Shown here in pieces: positions 47,515 through 55,922 of a DNA stretch of 64,000 bases. The position numbers were made by a program, and so were the translations under genes. Within the stretch, counting starts at the first letter, position 1. Every line of letters starts with the position of its first letter. Under the pieces are notes generated by a model. It did no database searches. It was not told where the DNA came from and saw only the letters and a program-made list of their open reading frames with translations. Source of the stretch: a candidate division FCPU426 bacterium (GTDB lineage: Bacteria > Oederibacteriota > Muellerivitia > Muellerivitales > Muellerivitaceae); assembly GCA_963847625.1 (NCBI GenBank), contig CAWKAR010000006.1:1-64000 (forward strand), in the 5' to 3' direction.

Positions 47515-48425
47515 ACGTCATAGAAACCAGGAAATTGAGCCACGCCTACGGCAAGAAAGAGGCCGTGTCGAATCTCGATCTGACGGTGGAAAGCGGGAGC
47601 ATTTACGCCCTCCTGGGGCCCAACGGGGCGGGTAAAACCACGACCCTGAAAACCATCATGAACATCCTTTCCCCTTCTTCCGGGGAGGCCCGGGTCTTGG
47701 GCACGGACTCCCGCCGCCTTTCCCCGAAAGAGTTTGCGCAGATCGGTTATGTCTCCGAAAACCAGGACCCGCCGGGATGGATGAGAGCGGGGGATTTCCT
47801 GGATTACTGCAAGCCCTTTTATCCCACCTGGGACGGGGCTTTTGCCGAAAAACTCTCCAAGCAATTCGCCCTGGATCCGCTCCAGAAACTGAAGGACCTA
47901 TCGCGCGGAACGCGCATGAAAATATCCCTTGTTTCCTCCATTGCCTACCGTCCCCGCTTGTTGGTGTTGGACGAGCCTTTCAGCGGGTTGGACCCGCTCA
48001 TCCGGGACGAGTTCATCCAAGGCATCCTGGAGTTGACCGACCAGGAACAATGGACGGTCCTCATTTCCTCCCATGACGTGGATGAGGTGGAGAAACTGGC
48101 CGACTGGGTGGGGGTCTTGAACAACGGGAGCCTGTACCTGTCGGAGCCGGTTTCCAACCTCCAGAACCGGTTCCGCCAAATCACCTTGAGGCTTGCCGCG
48201 AATGAGCCCCCGCCCAAGCCCCTGCCGCGTTCCTGGATGAGATGGGAAAGGGATGGCGCGGCCCTCAAATTCGTCGAGAGCGCCTTCAACGATGGGACGG
48301 AAAAGGAACTTCGGAAAATATTTCCCCGAGGGGAGGCCCTGGGAACCGCCCCGCTTTCCTTGAGGGAAATTTTTGTGGTCCTGGCGCGGGAATTCCGGAT
48401 GACCAACAACGGAGGCAAGTCATGA
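47511..48425 (+). CDS. ABC transporter ATP-binding protein (YtrB-like)
   Basis: GPNGAGKTT, LSRG, LDEPFSGLD and SSH motifs; ATGA overlaps on both sides. Confidence 0.93.
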   Translation: MNVIETRKLSHAYGKKEAVSNLDLTVESGSIYALLGPNGAGKTTTLKTIMNILSPSSGEARVLGTDSRRLSPKEFAQIGYVSENQDPPGWMRAGDFLDYCKPFYPTWDGAFAEKLSKQFALDPLQKLKDLSRGTRMKISLVSSIAYRPRLLVLDEPFSGLDPLIRDEFIQGILELTDQEQWTVLISSHDVDEVEKLADWVGVLNNGSLYLSEPVSNLQNRFRQITLRLAANEPPPKPLPRSWMRWERDGAALKFVESAFNDGTEKELRKIFPRGEALGTAPLSLREIFVVLAREFRMTNNGGKS

Positions 48426-50818
48426 ACCTCATATGGCATATCGTTAAAAAAGACACTTATCGTTTCAGGGTGGCCCTGTCCCTTTGGCTTCTGGTTTCGG
48501 CCCTGCCGGTGTTGCTGGGTTCGGTGGACGTCCTATTCACGGCCAAGGATATCCCATTGCACACCCTACTCCTGAGCCTCGGTTTTTACGGTTCATGGAT
48601 CCAATGGTTTCTTCTGGTCGCCATGACGGCATGGGTGCTCCAGGAAGAGACGCTGATATCCACCACCGCCTTTTGGGTGACCCGCCCCATTTCCCCGGGA
48701 ATGTTAATGAAAGCCAAGGCCTTGTATATCGGGATTTTCCTGGTCCTATTTCCCCTGGCTTTGGAATTGCCCGCATTGGCCCTTCAGGGTGTCACGGCCC
48801 GGGACATGGGTTACGCGGCGCTGGAAATACTGTTCCGCCGGCTTGAAATCATCTGCTTAGCCGGGATCATTGCCGCATTGACCCGGAATTTCGGCCGTTT
48901 CGTGACGGCGGCCATCCCGATCGTTATCCTTCAATGGTGCTCGTCCCGGTGGATGATTGGCTGGCTGTTCCTCGACAAATACGCCACCTTGCCTTTACGG
49001 CCGTCGGCACTGGCGGAATGCGATTCCATCGTGGTGGCGGTTTTAACCATCCTGGGCGGGGGAGGCTTAACGGCCTACCAGTATAAAACCCGTAATACCC
49101 GGTGGACCATCCGATGGGCTGTTGCGTTGATAGTCCTAATGTTCCTGGTTCAGCCTTTTTGGCGGTGGGATTTTAAAAAATTGGGAATCCCCGAGGATCC
49201 CAACAGCGGTTCCGTCGCCCTTTCCCTTGACAAATACTCGGTTGAACTCACTTCTTACGATTTGAACGCCCCCCATCCTAGAAATTTTGTCCTTTACCGT
49301 GGAAATTTGGAAGTCCAGGGCCAAAAGCCGGGGGATGTATACCTGCCCTTTTGGTTTAACTCCACCCTGACCCTGCCCGGTGGGAAAGTCTTGAAAGAGC
49401 ATGGGGATATCCTCACTTCAGTCTGTTTATGGGACGGGATTTCCGCCCAATGGACCAACGTTCCTGTTTCCAACGGGGCACCAAGGGCATTCCGGTGGAA
49501 TCGGATTGCCACAGCCGCGGGAGTGCAAACCGCCTTGGGCCCGGTGAGGGTGGTCAATCCGCATTGGGGGCCTCCGCCCATAAGCACTTTCCTCAAGTTT
49601 GATACGGCTGTTTTTAAGCGCTATTTTAACCAGCCGGCCTCCTTCCACGCCGACGTGGACCTGGTGCATTACCGGTATAAGGTCGATGCGGAGATCCCCC
49701 TGGCGCCCGGCGCGGGTTTCCGACGGGGATCACGGTCGGTCACGGTCCTGGATGTTTCCCCCCAGAACGACGGTTTGCAGGTCAAACTCCAAAACCAGGG
49801 AATCCACCTTTCCTTCGGTTACGATCCCAAGGTCAGGAAAATGCTTTATTTCGAGGAGGACAACGTCTTCTACCTCCTGGAAAACAAGAAACGCGGGGAG
49901 GCTTTCCTTCCGGAACCAAGAGTTTATTTTTTCCCCGTGGATTTATTCCAGGAACAACAACCCCTGCGGATTAACAGGGAAGTTCTTTTGTTCACCTCCG
50001 ATGACCAACTGGGGAAAAACCTTCCCAAGCTGGACCCCGCCTGGTTGAAGGACGCGGTGTTGGTGCGGGTGAGGATGGAACCGGTCGGTCAATTGAGGAA
50101 ACCGTTGGTGTTGGAACCCTTTTCCTTGACCGGGAAAGGCAATCTTTCCGTTCCCTTACCCTCCAATGACGTGCTGACCCACAACCTGGGCCTCCCCACG
50201 ATCCAGACTTATCCCTCCACCACGGGCGGGGCGGCGCCGGCTGTCCTTGGAAAAAAACTGGCCTCCCCGGGAAAAACCCTCCTGATCGATGACTTCGAGA
50301 GCGGCAAGGCCGTGAACCGCCTGGGAAGCAAATGGTTTACCGTCGAGGACCACAACAAACTGGGCTCGGTGATCAACCCCGAAGAATTCATGCCCCAGGC
50401 GGGAGGCTGCGAATCCTCGCCGAAATACGCGGCCCACATATGGGGCCATTACGGAATGAACCGGTCCCCCTTTCCATACACCCAACTCCTGTGCGGCTTC
50501 AACCCCAAGCAGACCTACGTGGATTTGAGTGGTTTTTCCGGTTTCCGCTTCCAGACCAAGGGCGATGGAAAACCCTACGTCTTCCTGGTAGTGCGCGCGG
50601 CGGTCTTGGATTATGCGAACTATGAATTCGACTTTACCGCCCCCAAGGATTGGACCCGTATCACCCTTCCTTTCGCGGATTTCCACCAACCCGAGTGGGG
50701 AAAACCGATTCCTCCGGGATGGAAGGACATCAAGTTCATCCAATTCAACCCGAATGGCTTGATTTTGAACGACGACGATTTCGACTTGTGGATTGACGAC
50801 GTAGAACTTTTTAAGTGA
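48422..50818 (+). CDS. ABC-2-type permease fused to a large extracytoplasmic region and a CIA30/CBM11-like domain
   Basis: IWHIVKKD and FWVTRPIS motifs with about 7 TM segments; C-terminal LIDDFE...DLSGFSGFRF..KGDG...WTRITLPF...WIDDVELF. Confidence 0.72.
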   Translation: MNLIWHIVKKDTYRFRVALSLWLLVSALPVLLGSVDVLFTAKDIPLHTLLLSLGFYGSWIQWFLLVAMTAWVLQEETLISTTAFWVTRPISPGMLMKAKALYIGIFLVLFPLALELPALALQGVTARDMGYAALEILFRRLEIICLAGIIAALTRNFGRFVTAAIPIVILQWCSSRWMIGWLFLDKYATLPLRPSALAECDSIVVAVLTILGGGGLTAYQYKTRNTRWTIRWAVALIVLMFLVQPFWRWDFKKLGIPEDPNSGSVALSLDKYSVELTSYDLNAPHPRNFVLYRGNLEVQGQKPGDVYLPFWFNSTLTLPGGKVLKEHGDILTSVCLWDGISAQWTNVPVSNGAPRAFRWNRIATAAGVQTALGPVRVVNPHWGPPPISTFLKFDTAVFKRYFNQPASFHADVDLVHYRYKVDAEIPLAPGAGFRRGSRSVTVLDVSPQNDGLQVKLQNQGIHLSFGYDPKVRKMLYFEEDNVFYLLENKKRGEAFLPEPRVYFFPVDLFQEQQPLRINREVLLFTSDDQLGKNLPKLDPAWLKDAVLVRVRMEPVGQLRKPLVLEPFSLTGKGNLSVPLPSNDVLTHNLGLPTIQTYPSTTGGAAPAVLGKKLASPGKTLLIDDFESGKAVNRLGSKWFTVEDHNKLGSVINPEEFMPQAGGCESSPKYAAHIWGHYGMNRSPFPYTQLLCGFNPKQTYVDLSGFSGFRFQTKGDGKPYVFLVVRAAVLDYANYEFDFTAPKDWTRITLPFADFHQPEWGKPIPPGWKDIKFIQFNPNGLILNDDDFDLWIDDVELFK

Positions 50819-50837
50819 TGGAATGAAGGAGGCGTTT

Positions 50838-51578
50838 ATGAAATGGATATTCAGTAAAAAAAACATTCGGGTGTGGGGGATCTTAGCAGGGGTTTTGATA
50901 TTCCCCGCTTCGCCCCTGTTAATAGCGGCCGATAACGGTTTAATCACCCAGACCCAATCGGATGGTTCGATAATGATCAAAATGAAAGGAAAACCGATCG
51001 CCTCAATTAAACCCTGCCTTTTCACGGATGGCATGGAGAGAATCGGGTTTACAAAGCCGGAGATCGCCTGCTTTTACGACGGCTTCGCCAGACTGCCGAA
51101 TGGAAGCCGGGTGGCCGCCCTCAAGACCACCGTTACCGCCAAGGGCTACGACCTGCACGTTCGAATGGCCATGACCGCTTTAAAGACGCTCGAACCCCTC
51201 AGCGAGCGAACCTATCTCTCCATGCCCTATGGCGATTGGGCGGGTGTTCCCTATCAATTGGGTAAAAAGTCCGGCACCATCCCCTTGGAACAGAAGACCC
51301 AAACTGTCATCGCCCAAGCCGACCCGGCAACCCTTTCTTTAGGCCCCTCTCATGCCCTCGGCGGCCTCACGCTTCAGTTAGACGCACCCCAACTCGATAC
51401 CTCTCTCCAAAACGACCGGCAACAGGGACAGGAGCTTTCGGTTTATCTCACCCACGGGGAATCTGGCGGCAAGCCCCTGGATTGGGAAGCAGGAGACTAT
51501 CAAATTTTCGATTTCAGCATGAAATTTAATCGCAAGATCGTTTCTCCCGAAGATGGATCGTCTGCGCAAAAAGATTGA
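50838..51578 (+). CDS. Hypothetical exported protein
   Basis: GGAGG SD before ATG 50838 and an N-terminal hydrophobic segment; no family recognised. Confidence 0.6.
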   Translation: MKWIFSKKNIRVWGILAGVLIFPASPLLIAADNGLITQTQSDGSIMIKMKGKPIASIKPCLFTDGMERIGFTKPEIACFYDGFARLPNGSRVAALKTTVTAKGYDLHVRMAMTALKTLEPLSERTYLSMPYGDWAGVPYQLGKKSGTIPLEQKTQTVIAQADPATLSLGPSHALGGLTLQLDAPQLDTSLQNDRQQGQELSVYLTHGESGGKPLDWEAGDYQIFDFSMKFNRKIVSPEDGSSAQKD

Positions 51579-51747
51579 TAAAAACTTCTCCTTCTTAGGT
51601 AAGGTTCGGATAAAAGAAGAACCGGCCCGCCGGATTCTGGACTAGTTCGATTGGCGGATGTAACATGACGGGGATGGAGCGGCTGATATTTTCCTGAAGA
51701 TTTCGTGCGGTTGATTGAGCGTCATATTTTTAGCTCGGAAGGTTTTC

Positions 51748-52188
51748 ATGCTCCGAAAATCAACGGTCGACATGATCAAAAGGGAGGGATGGATCTGGAC
51801 CGCCATATTGGCCATGCCTGTCACCCTTTTAATCTTCGCGAACCTATGGACCTATCGGATTTCCCCGCCAAAATTCCGATATGAGAATTATAAAAGCATT
51901 GATCTGGGTTTGACAGCCCTGGCTAACTACCGCTTGGGAAAATACCAAGAAGCCGAAAGTGGATTTTTGGCGGCCACCATGATCCAACCAGACCGCTCTG
52001 AACTTTGGTATGACCTCGGCAATACTTTCTTTAAGGAAGGCAAATACCGGCAAGCCGTATCTGCTTTTGTCAGGGTATTGGAATTAAATCCCAATGATCG
52101 CGACGCCAAATCCAACCTTGAGCTGGCCTGCGCCAAGCTCTATCCCCCTCAGGACAAAATTGCCTCGCTTGGAAACTCCTTGCCGTAA
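51748..52188 (+). CDS. Small membrane-anchored TPR protein
   Basis: One TM segment, then WYDLGNTFFKEGKYRQAVSAFVRVLELNP. Start uncertain. Confidence 0.75.
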   Translation: MLRKSTVDMIKREGWIWTAILAMPVTLLIFANLWTYRISPPKFRYENYKSIDLGLTALANYRLGKYQEAESGFLAATMIQPDRSELWYDLGNTFFKEGKYRQAVSAFVRVLELNPNDRDAKSNLELACAKLYPPQDKIASLGNSLP

Positions 52189-52247
52189 AAAGCCCAGCGG
52201 CCGCTGAAACCGTACCTTTCCTAATTCTCCCAAACCCAAAAGGAACC

Positions 52248-53321
52248 ATGAAAAAAGCCAAGAATAAAATCTACGATCCGGCCAAGTTGCAAAAGGCCTT
52301 GCTGAAGTGGTTCGGCCGCAGCCAGCGGGACCTTCCCTGGCGCAAAACGAAGGACCCCTACGCGGTTTTCGTCTCCGAGATGATGCTGCAACAGACCCAG
52401 GTCAAGACCGTCATCCCCTATTACGAACGCTTCCTGAGGGAATTGCCGGACTGGGCCTCGCTCGCGCGGGCCCCGGAGGAAAAGGTCCTCAAACTCTGGG
52501 AAGGCCTGGGGTATTACCGCAGGGCCCGCAACCTGGGGGCCGCGGCCCAAATGGTCGTTCGGGATTTCATGGGGAAGCTTCCCGACCGGCTCGAGGAAAT
52601 CCAAAAGCTTCCGGGCGTGGGCCCCTACAGCGCGGGCGCCATTCTTTCCATCGCCTTTCAAAAGCCCATCCCCCTCGTGGATGGAAACGTCGAGCGGGTC
52701 TTTTCGCGGTTGTTTCTCCTGAAAGGGGATCTCAAGACCGGGGTCGGCCGGGAAAAAGTATGGGAGCTGGCCCAATCCCTGGTTCCCCCGAAACAGCCTG
52801 GCGATTTCAACCAGGCTCTCATGGAACTCGGGGCCACCACCTGCCTACCGGAAAACCCCCTGTGCCTGCTATGTCCCTTGGTTTCCCTATGCCTGGCCGC
52901 CCAGAAGGGTTTACAAAACCAATTTCCCGAAACTGCCCCGGCCCAGGAGACGGTCGAGGTTTCCATGGCCGCGTTGTTGGTCCGGAAAAAGGACCTGGTC
53001 CTGGTCCGTAAAAGGCCCGAGGAAGAAAAATGGCTGAAAGGCCTTTGGGAATTTCCCAGCGCCGAGGGGGATACTTTCGAGGAGGCCCTGAGGAAACTGG
53101 AAAGGCGGCTCAAGGTCAAGGCCTGGCGCAAGGAGCTTCAGGAGGTCCGGCACCAGATCACCCGCCACAAGATCCGGTTGAAACTTTACCCGGCCCCCGC
53201 GCCCAAGGCGCCAAAACTTCCGGCGGGCCTCAAATGGGTATCCATGAAGGGATTGGCCGCTCTTCCCTTCTCCAGCGCCCAGGACAAGCTAAGGAAAAGG
53301 TTACTGAAACCAATCACGTAA
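52248..53321 (+). CDS. mutY: A/G-specific adenine DNA glycosylase
   Basis: RDLPWR, VSEMMLQQTQV, WEGLGYY, LPGVGPYSA, DGNV.RV, Cx6Cx2Cx5C Fe-S motif and a Nudix-like tail. Confidence 0.96.
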   Translation: MKKAKNKIYDPAKLQKALLKWFGRSQRDLPWRKTKDPYAVFVSEMMLQQTQVKTVIPYYERFLRELPDWASLARAPEEKVLKLWEGLGYYRRARNLGAAAQMVVRDFMGKLPDRLEEIQKLPGVGPYSAGAILSIAFQKPIPLVDGNVERVFSRLFLLKGDLKTGVGREKVWELAQSLVPPKQPGDFNQALMELGATTCLPENPLCLLCPLVSLCLAAQKGLQNQFPETAPAQETVEVSMAALLVRKKDLVLVRKRPEEEKWLKGLWEFPSAEGDTFEEALRKLERRLKVKAWRKELQEVRHQITRHKIRLKLYPAPAPKAPKLPAGLKWVSMKGLAALPFSSAQDKLRKRLLKPIT

Positions 53322-53342
53322 AAAGAAAGTCTGGCCTCTAAA

Positions 53343-53385
53343 AATAAAAACCCGCCTCCGCTTTCGCGGGGACGGGTTTTTTATT
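53343..53385. terminator. Bidirectional Rho-independent terminator
   Basis: aataaaaacccg...cgggttttttatt hairpin between convergent mutY and lipoprotein genes. Confidence 0.85.
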
Positions 53386-53404
53386 GGCGGTCTCTTGCTC
53401 CGCG

Positions 53405-55663
53405 TTACGGGTGGAAATTATCCGTGATAGTGATGCCCAAACTCGATGCAGGATTGTTGGTGGTGGTTTTGGCGCCCAGGGTCACGTAGGGATCACCGAA
53501 TTGGGGCGCCGAGGTGATTCCGCCCACTGCCAGCCAGGCCTGCACGTAAACACTCTCGGCGGTACAAGCGTTCGTTTTGTCGATGGTCTCGTACAACTGG
53601 CTGGGATTGTTTCCGTAGGAATCCGTCTGCAAGGCATTGGAATAACCCGAGTCGCTGTAGAGTCCCACACACAAATTATAGGAGTTGAGGGAATAAGTGG
53701 ACCCCGAGTAGGTGACCGATCCCTGCAGACCGTAGATCGTGTGGGAATTGTCGAAACTCAGAGTGCCAAGGTTTTCCACCCCATCCCCCAGGTTGAGGGT
53801 GACCCCGGCGTTGACGTTACAGCCTGAAGTGCCGTAAATGCTGACTGCGTCACCCAAAGCCGGACCGCGCGGGCCCGCTTGACCGTAAAACATCACCAAT
53901 TGGTAGGGTAAGTACGTAACGGGATAGGAAAAAGCCGCGTCATTGGAGATAAAGGACAGGGGAACCCCATTTATTGAAGGGGATAATAACATGGTCCATA
54001 GGAGATGGCTTGAATCGACCCCGCCGGGCGTGTAGTTCACGGTCCCGGTCAAGGCCGCGCTGCCAGGGCTGTACTGGCAGGCAGTGCCCACCGCGAGATT
54101 GCCCACGTTGGTGCTTTGCGTGATGGGGTAGAAGTCCGGTGTATCGGGCATGCAGTCGGGTTTGACCGGGCCATAAACACGCACGTAATCGCCGCTGGGC
54201 AAGCCGCCACCCATGCTGATGCCTTGCCCCGAGGCGTCGTAAATGGCGAAAAGGTTATAGGTCACGCCGCTCGTGAGGGCGAAATTGAAGGAGTTGGAGG
54301 TGGGGCTGGTGATCTCGGCGATCCCGGAGGGGCCGTTGCCGCTTGCGGGAATGGCGGCCACGAAAAGGGCGTTGGTCGTGGAGATGGATCCGGGTCCAGT
54401 CCAGGTAGCCGTGCCCCATACGTCGATGAGGCTGCAGTTATTTCCGAAGGTCAGGGTCACTGAGGTGGCCGTGGCAGTGATGGGGGCGGTGCTAGGCGCC
54501 GAACAGGTTGCCGAAAGGGAGCTGCCGTTGGTGACGGGGCCGCTATACAACGCGAAATAATCCCCCAGGAGGTTGTTGATGTTGAGGCTGCCCAGGCTCA
54601 CGCCACTTCCCGAACCGTCGTAAATCGTGAGAATCTGGTAGTTGCCCAGCGGGGCCGTCACGGTGTAACTCGAGTTGTTGGCGGTGAGCTTGGAAAGGGC
54701 CGCCAAGTTCCCGGGACCGTTGTTGCCCTGGGTCATCAGGCACACGTAAAGGGCATGGGTGGCGTTGACCGCCGCCCCGCCCGTGTAGTTCACCTGGCCG
54801 CTTAAAGTGAGCAGGCTCGCGGTGCAGGAGGTGTTGACCGCCAGGGCCGGGCCCGCGGTAGAAAGGGTGAGGCTGGCGGCCGAACTCCCGGCGCAAGTGG
54901 CGTTGTAAAAGGTGTAGTCGTCGCCCGAGGCGAAGACGAGAGTCTTGCTCGAGAGGGACACTCCCGTTCCGGCGTTGTCATAAACCGCCCCCAGGTAATA
55001 GGAGGGGCCGGGTGCGCCGTAGAGGGTATAGGGCGCTCCGCTGACGGTGACCGGCGCGCTCAGCCACGCGATGGACCCGAATGGGTTGTTCGGGTCATTG
55101 AAAAAGAAGGTGTAAAGGGCGTGGGTGGCGCTCACGGATCCGGGGGTGCTGTAGGACACTGGCCCTGACATGGCAATGATCATGCAGTTATTGTTCACCA
55201 TCAGGCTGACGCCGGTGGAGTTCCCCGAGAAATTGGGCGCCGTCGGCGGCTGGCACGCCCCGCCCGGGGCGTCATAAAAGTTATAATTGTCCCCATACAG
55301 GCCGGAAACACCCGAGGAAAGGTTGACGCCGTTGCCCGAGCCATCATAAATACCCAAGAGGTAGTAAGCCCCGGGAGGGGCCGAGACGGAAAAGGCCTGG
55401 CCGCTGCCGGTGACGGGAGAGGACACCGCGACCATGTTTCCTATGCCGGTTCCGTTGGAGTTGAACAGGGTGGCGTAAAGGGGATGGGCCGCGCTGACGG
55501 AAACCGGGTTGATGTAGTAAAGGTTTCCAGTCACCTTCACGTTTTGGGGGCCCGAGGGAGTGCTGGGATGGGTGGGGCTAGAACTGGAACTGCAGGAAAT
55601 TTGCAAGGCCGTCAACAGTCCGGCTATAAATAGGACGGCACAAAGGGAATAGGTTAAACGCAT
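53405..55663 (-). CDS. Lipoprotein with six tandem Ig/beta-sandwich-like repeats
   Basis: LQISC lipobox plus Ser/Pro linker; units begin G.V.Y......(H)ALY and several contain YD.SG.G and Cys pairs. GGAGG lies 6 nt before ATG 55663. Confidence 0.72.
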   Translation of the reverse strand: MRLTYSLCAVLFIAGLLTALQISCSSSSSPTHPSTPSGPQNVKVTGNLYYINPVSVSAAHPLYATLFNSNGTGIGNMVAVSSPVTGSGQAFSVSAPPGAYYLLGIYDGSGNGVNLSSGVSGLYGDNYNFYDAPGGACQPPTAPNFSGNSTGVSLMVNNNCMIIAMSGPVSYSTPGSVSATHALYTFFFNDPNNPFGSIAWLSAPVTVSGAPYTLYGAPGPSYYLGAVYDNAGTGVSLSSKTLVFASGDDYTFYNATCAGSSAASLTLSTAGPALAVNTSCTASLLTLSGQVNYTGGAAVNATHALYVCLMTQGNNGPGNLAALSKLTANNSSYTVTAPLGNYQILTIYDGSGSGVSLGSLNINNLLGDYFALYSGPVTNGSSLSATCSAPSTAPITATATSVTLTFGNNCSLIDVWGTATWTGPGSISTTNALFVAAIPASGNGPSGIAEITSPTSNSFNFALTSGVTYNLFAIYDASGQGISMGGGLPSGDYVRVYGPVKPDCMPDTPDFYPITQSTNVGNLAVGTACQYSPGSAALTGTVNYTPGGVDSSHLLWTMLLSPSINGVPLSFISNDAAFSYPVTYLPYQLVMFYGQAGPRGPALGDAVSIYGTSGCNVNAGVTLNLGDGVENLGTLSFDNSHTIYGLQGSVTYSGSTYSLNSYNLCVGLYSDSGYSNALQTDSYGNNPSQLYETIDKTNACTAESVYVQAWLAVGGITSAPQFGDPYVTLGAKTTTNNPASSLGITITDNFHP

Positions 55664-55922
55664 CGGCAACCTCCAAACATAAATTGTGGAGATTGCGGTT
55701 AAAAGATACGGTCAACCTCCACTTGCGGAAGTGATTTTAACAGGATCTTTTGCGTTGGTTGTAAAAAGAAAGACAAATTAATTTTTAGTAACTTTTATGC
55801 CCCGATCGAAACGCAGGGTAAACGGAAACCTTACGAGAACAGAAATCACATTAACTTCGCGAATTTTGAAATTTCTCGAGTTTCTCCAAACCTTTCCCCT
55901 TTTGCCCCTTTTTTAGCAAGTG

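Noticed and set aside
55740..55800. c-di-GMP-I riboswitch suggested by ACGCAAA on the minus strand
   Set aside because: The upstream GGCAAAC and GNRA-capped stem are missing.
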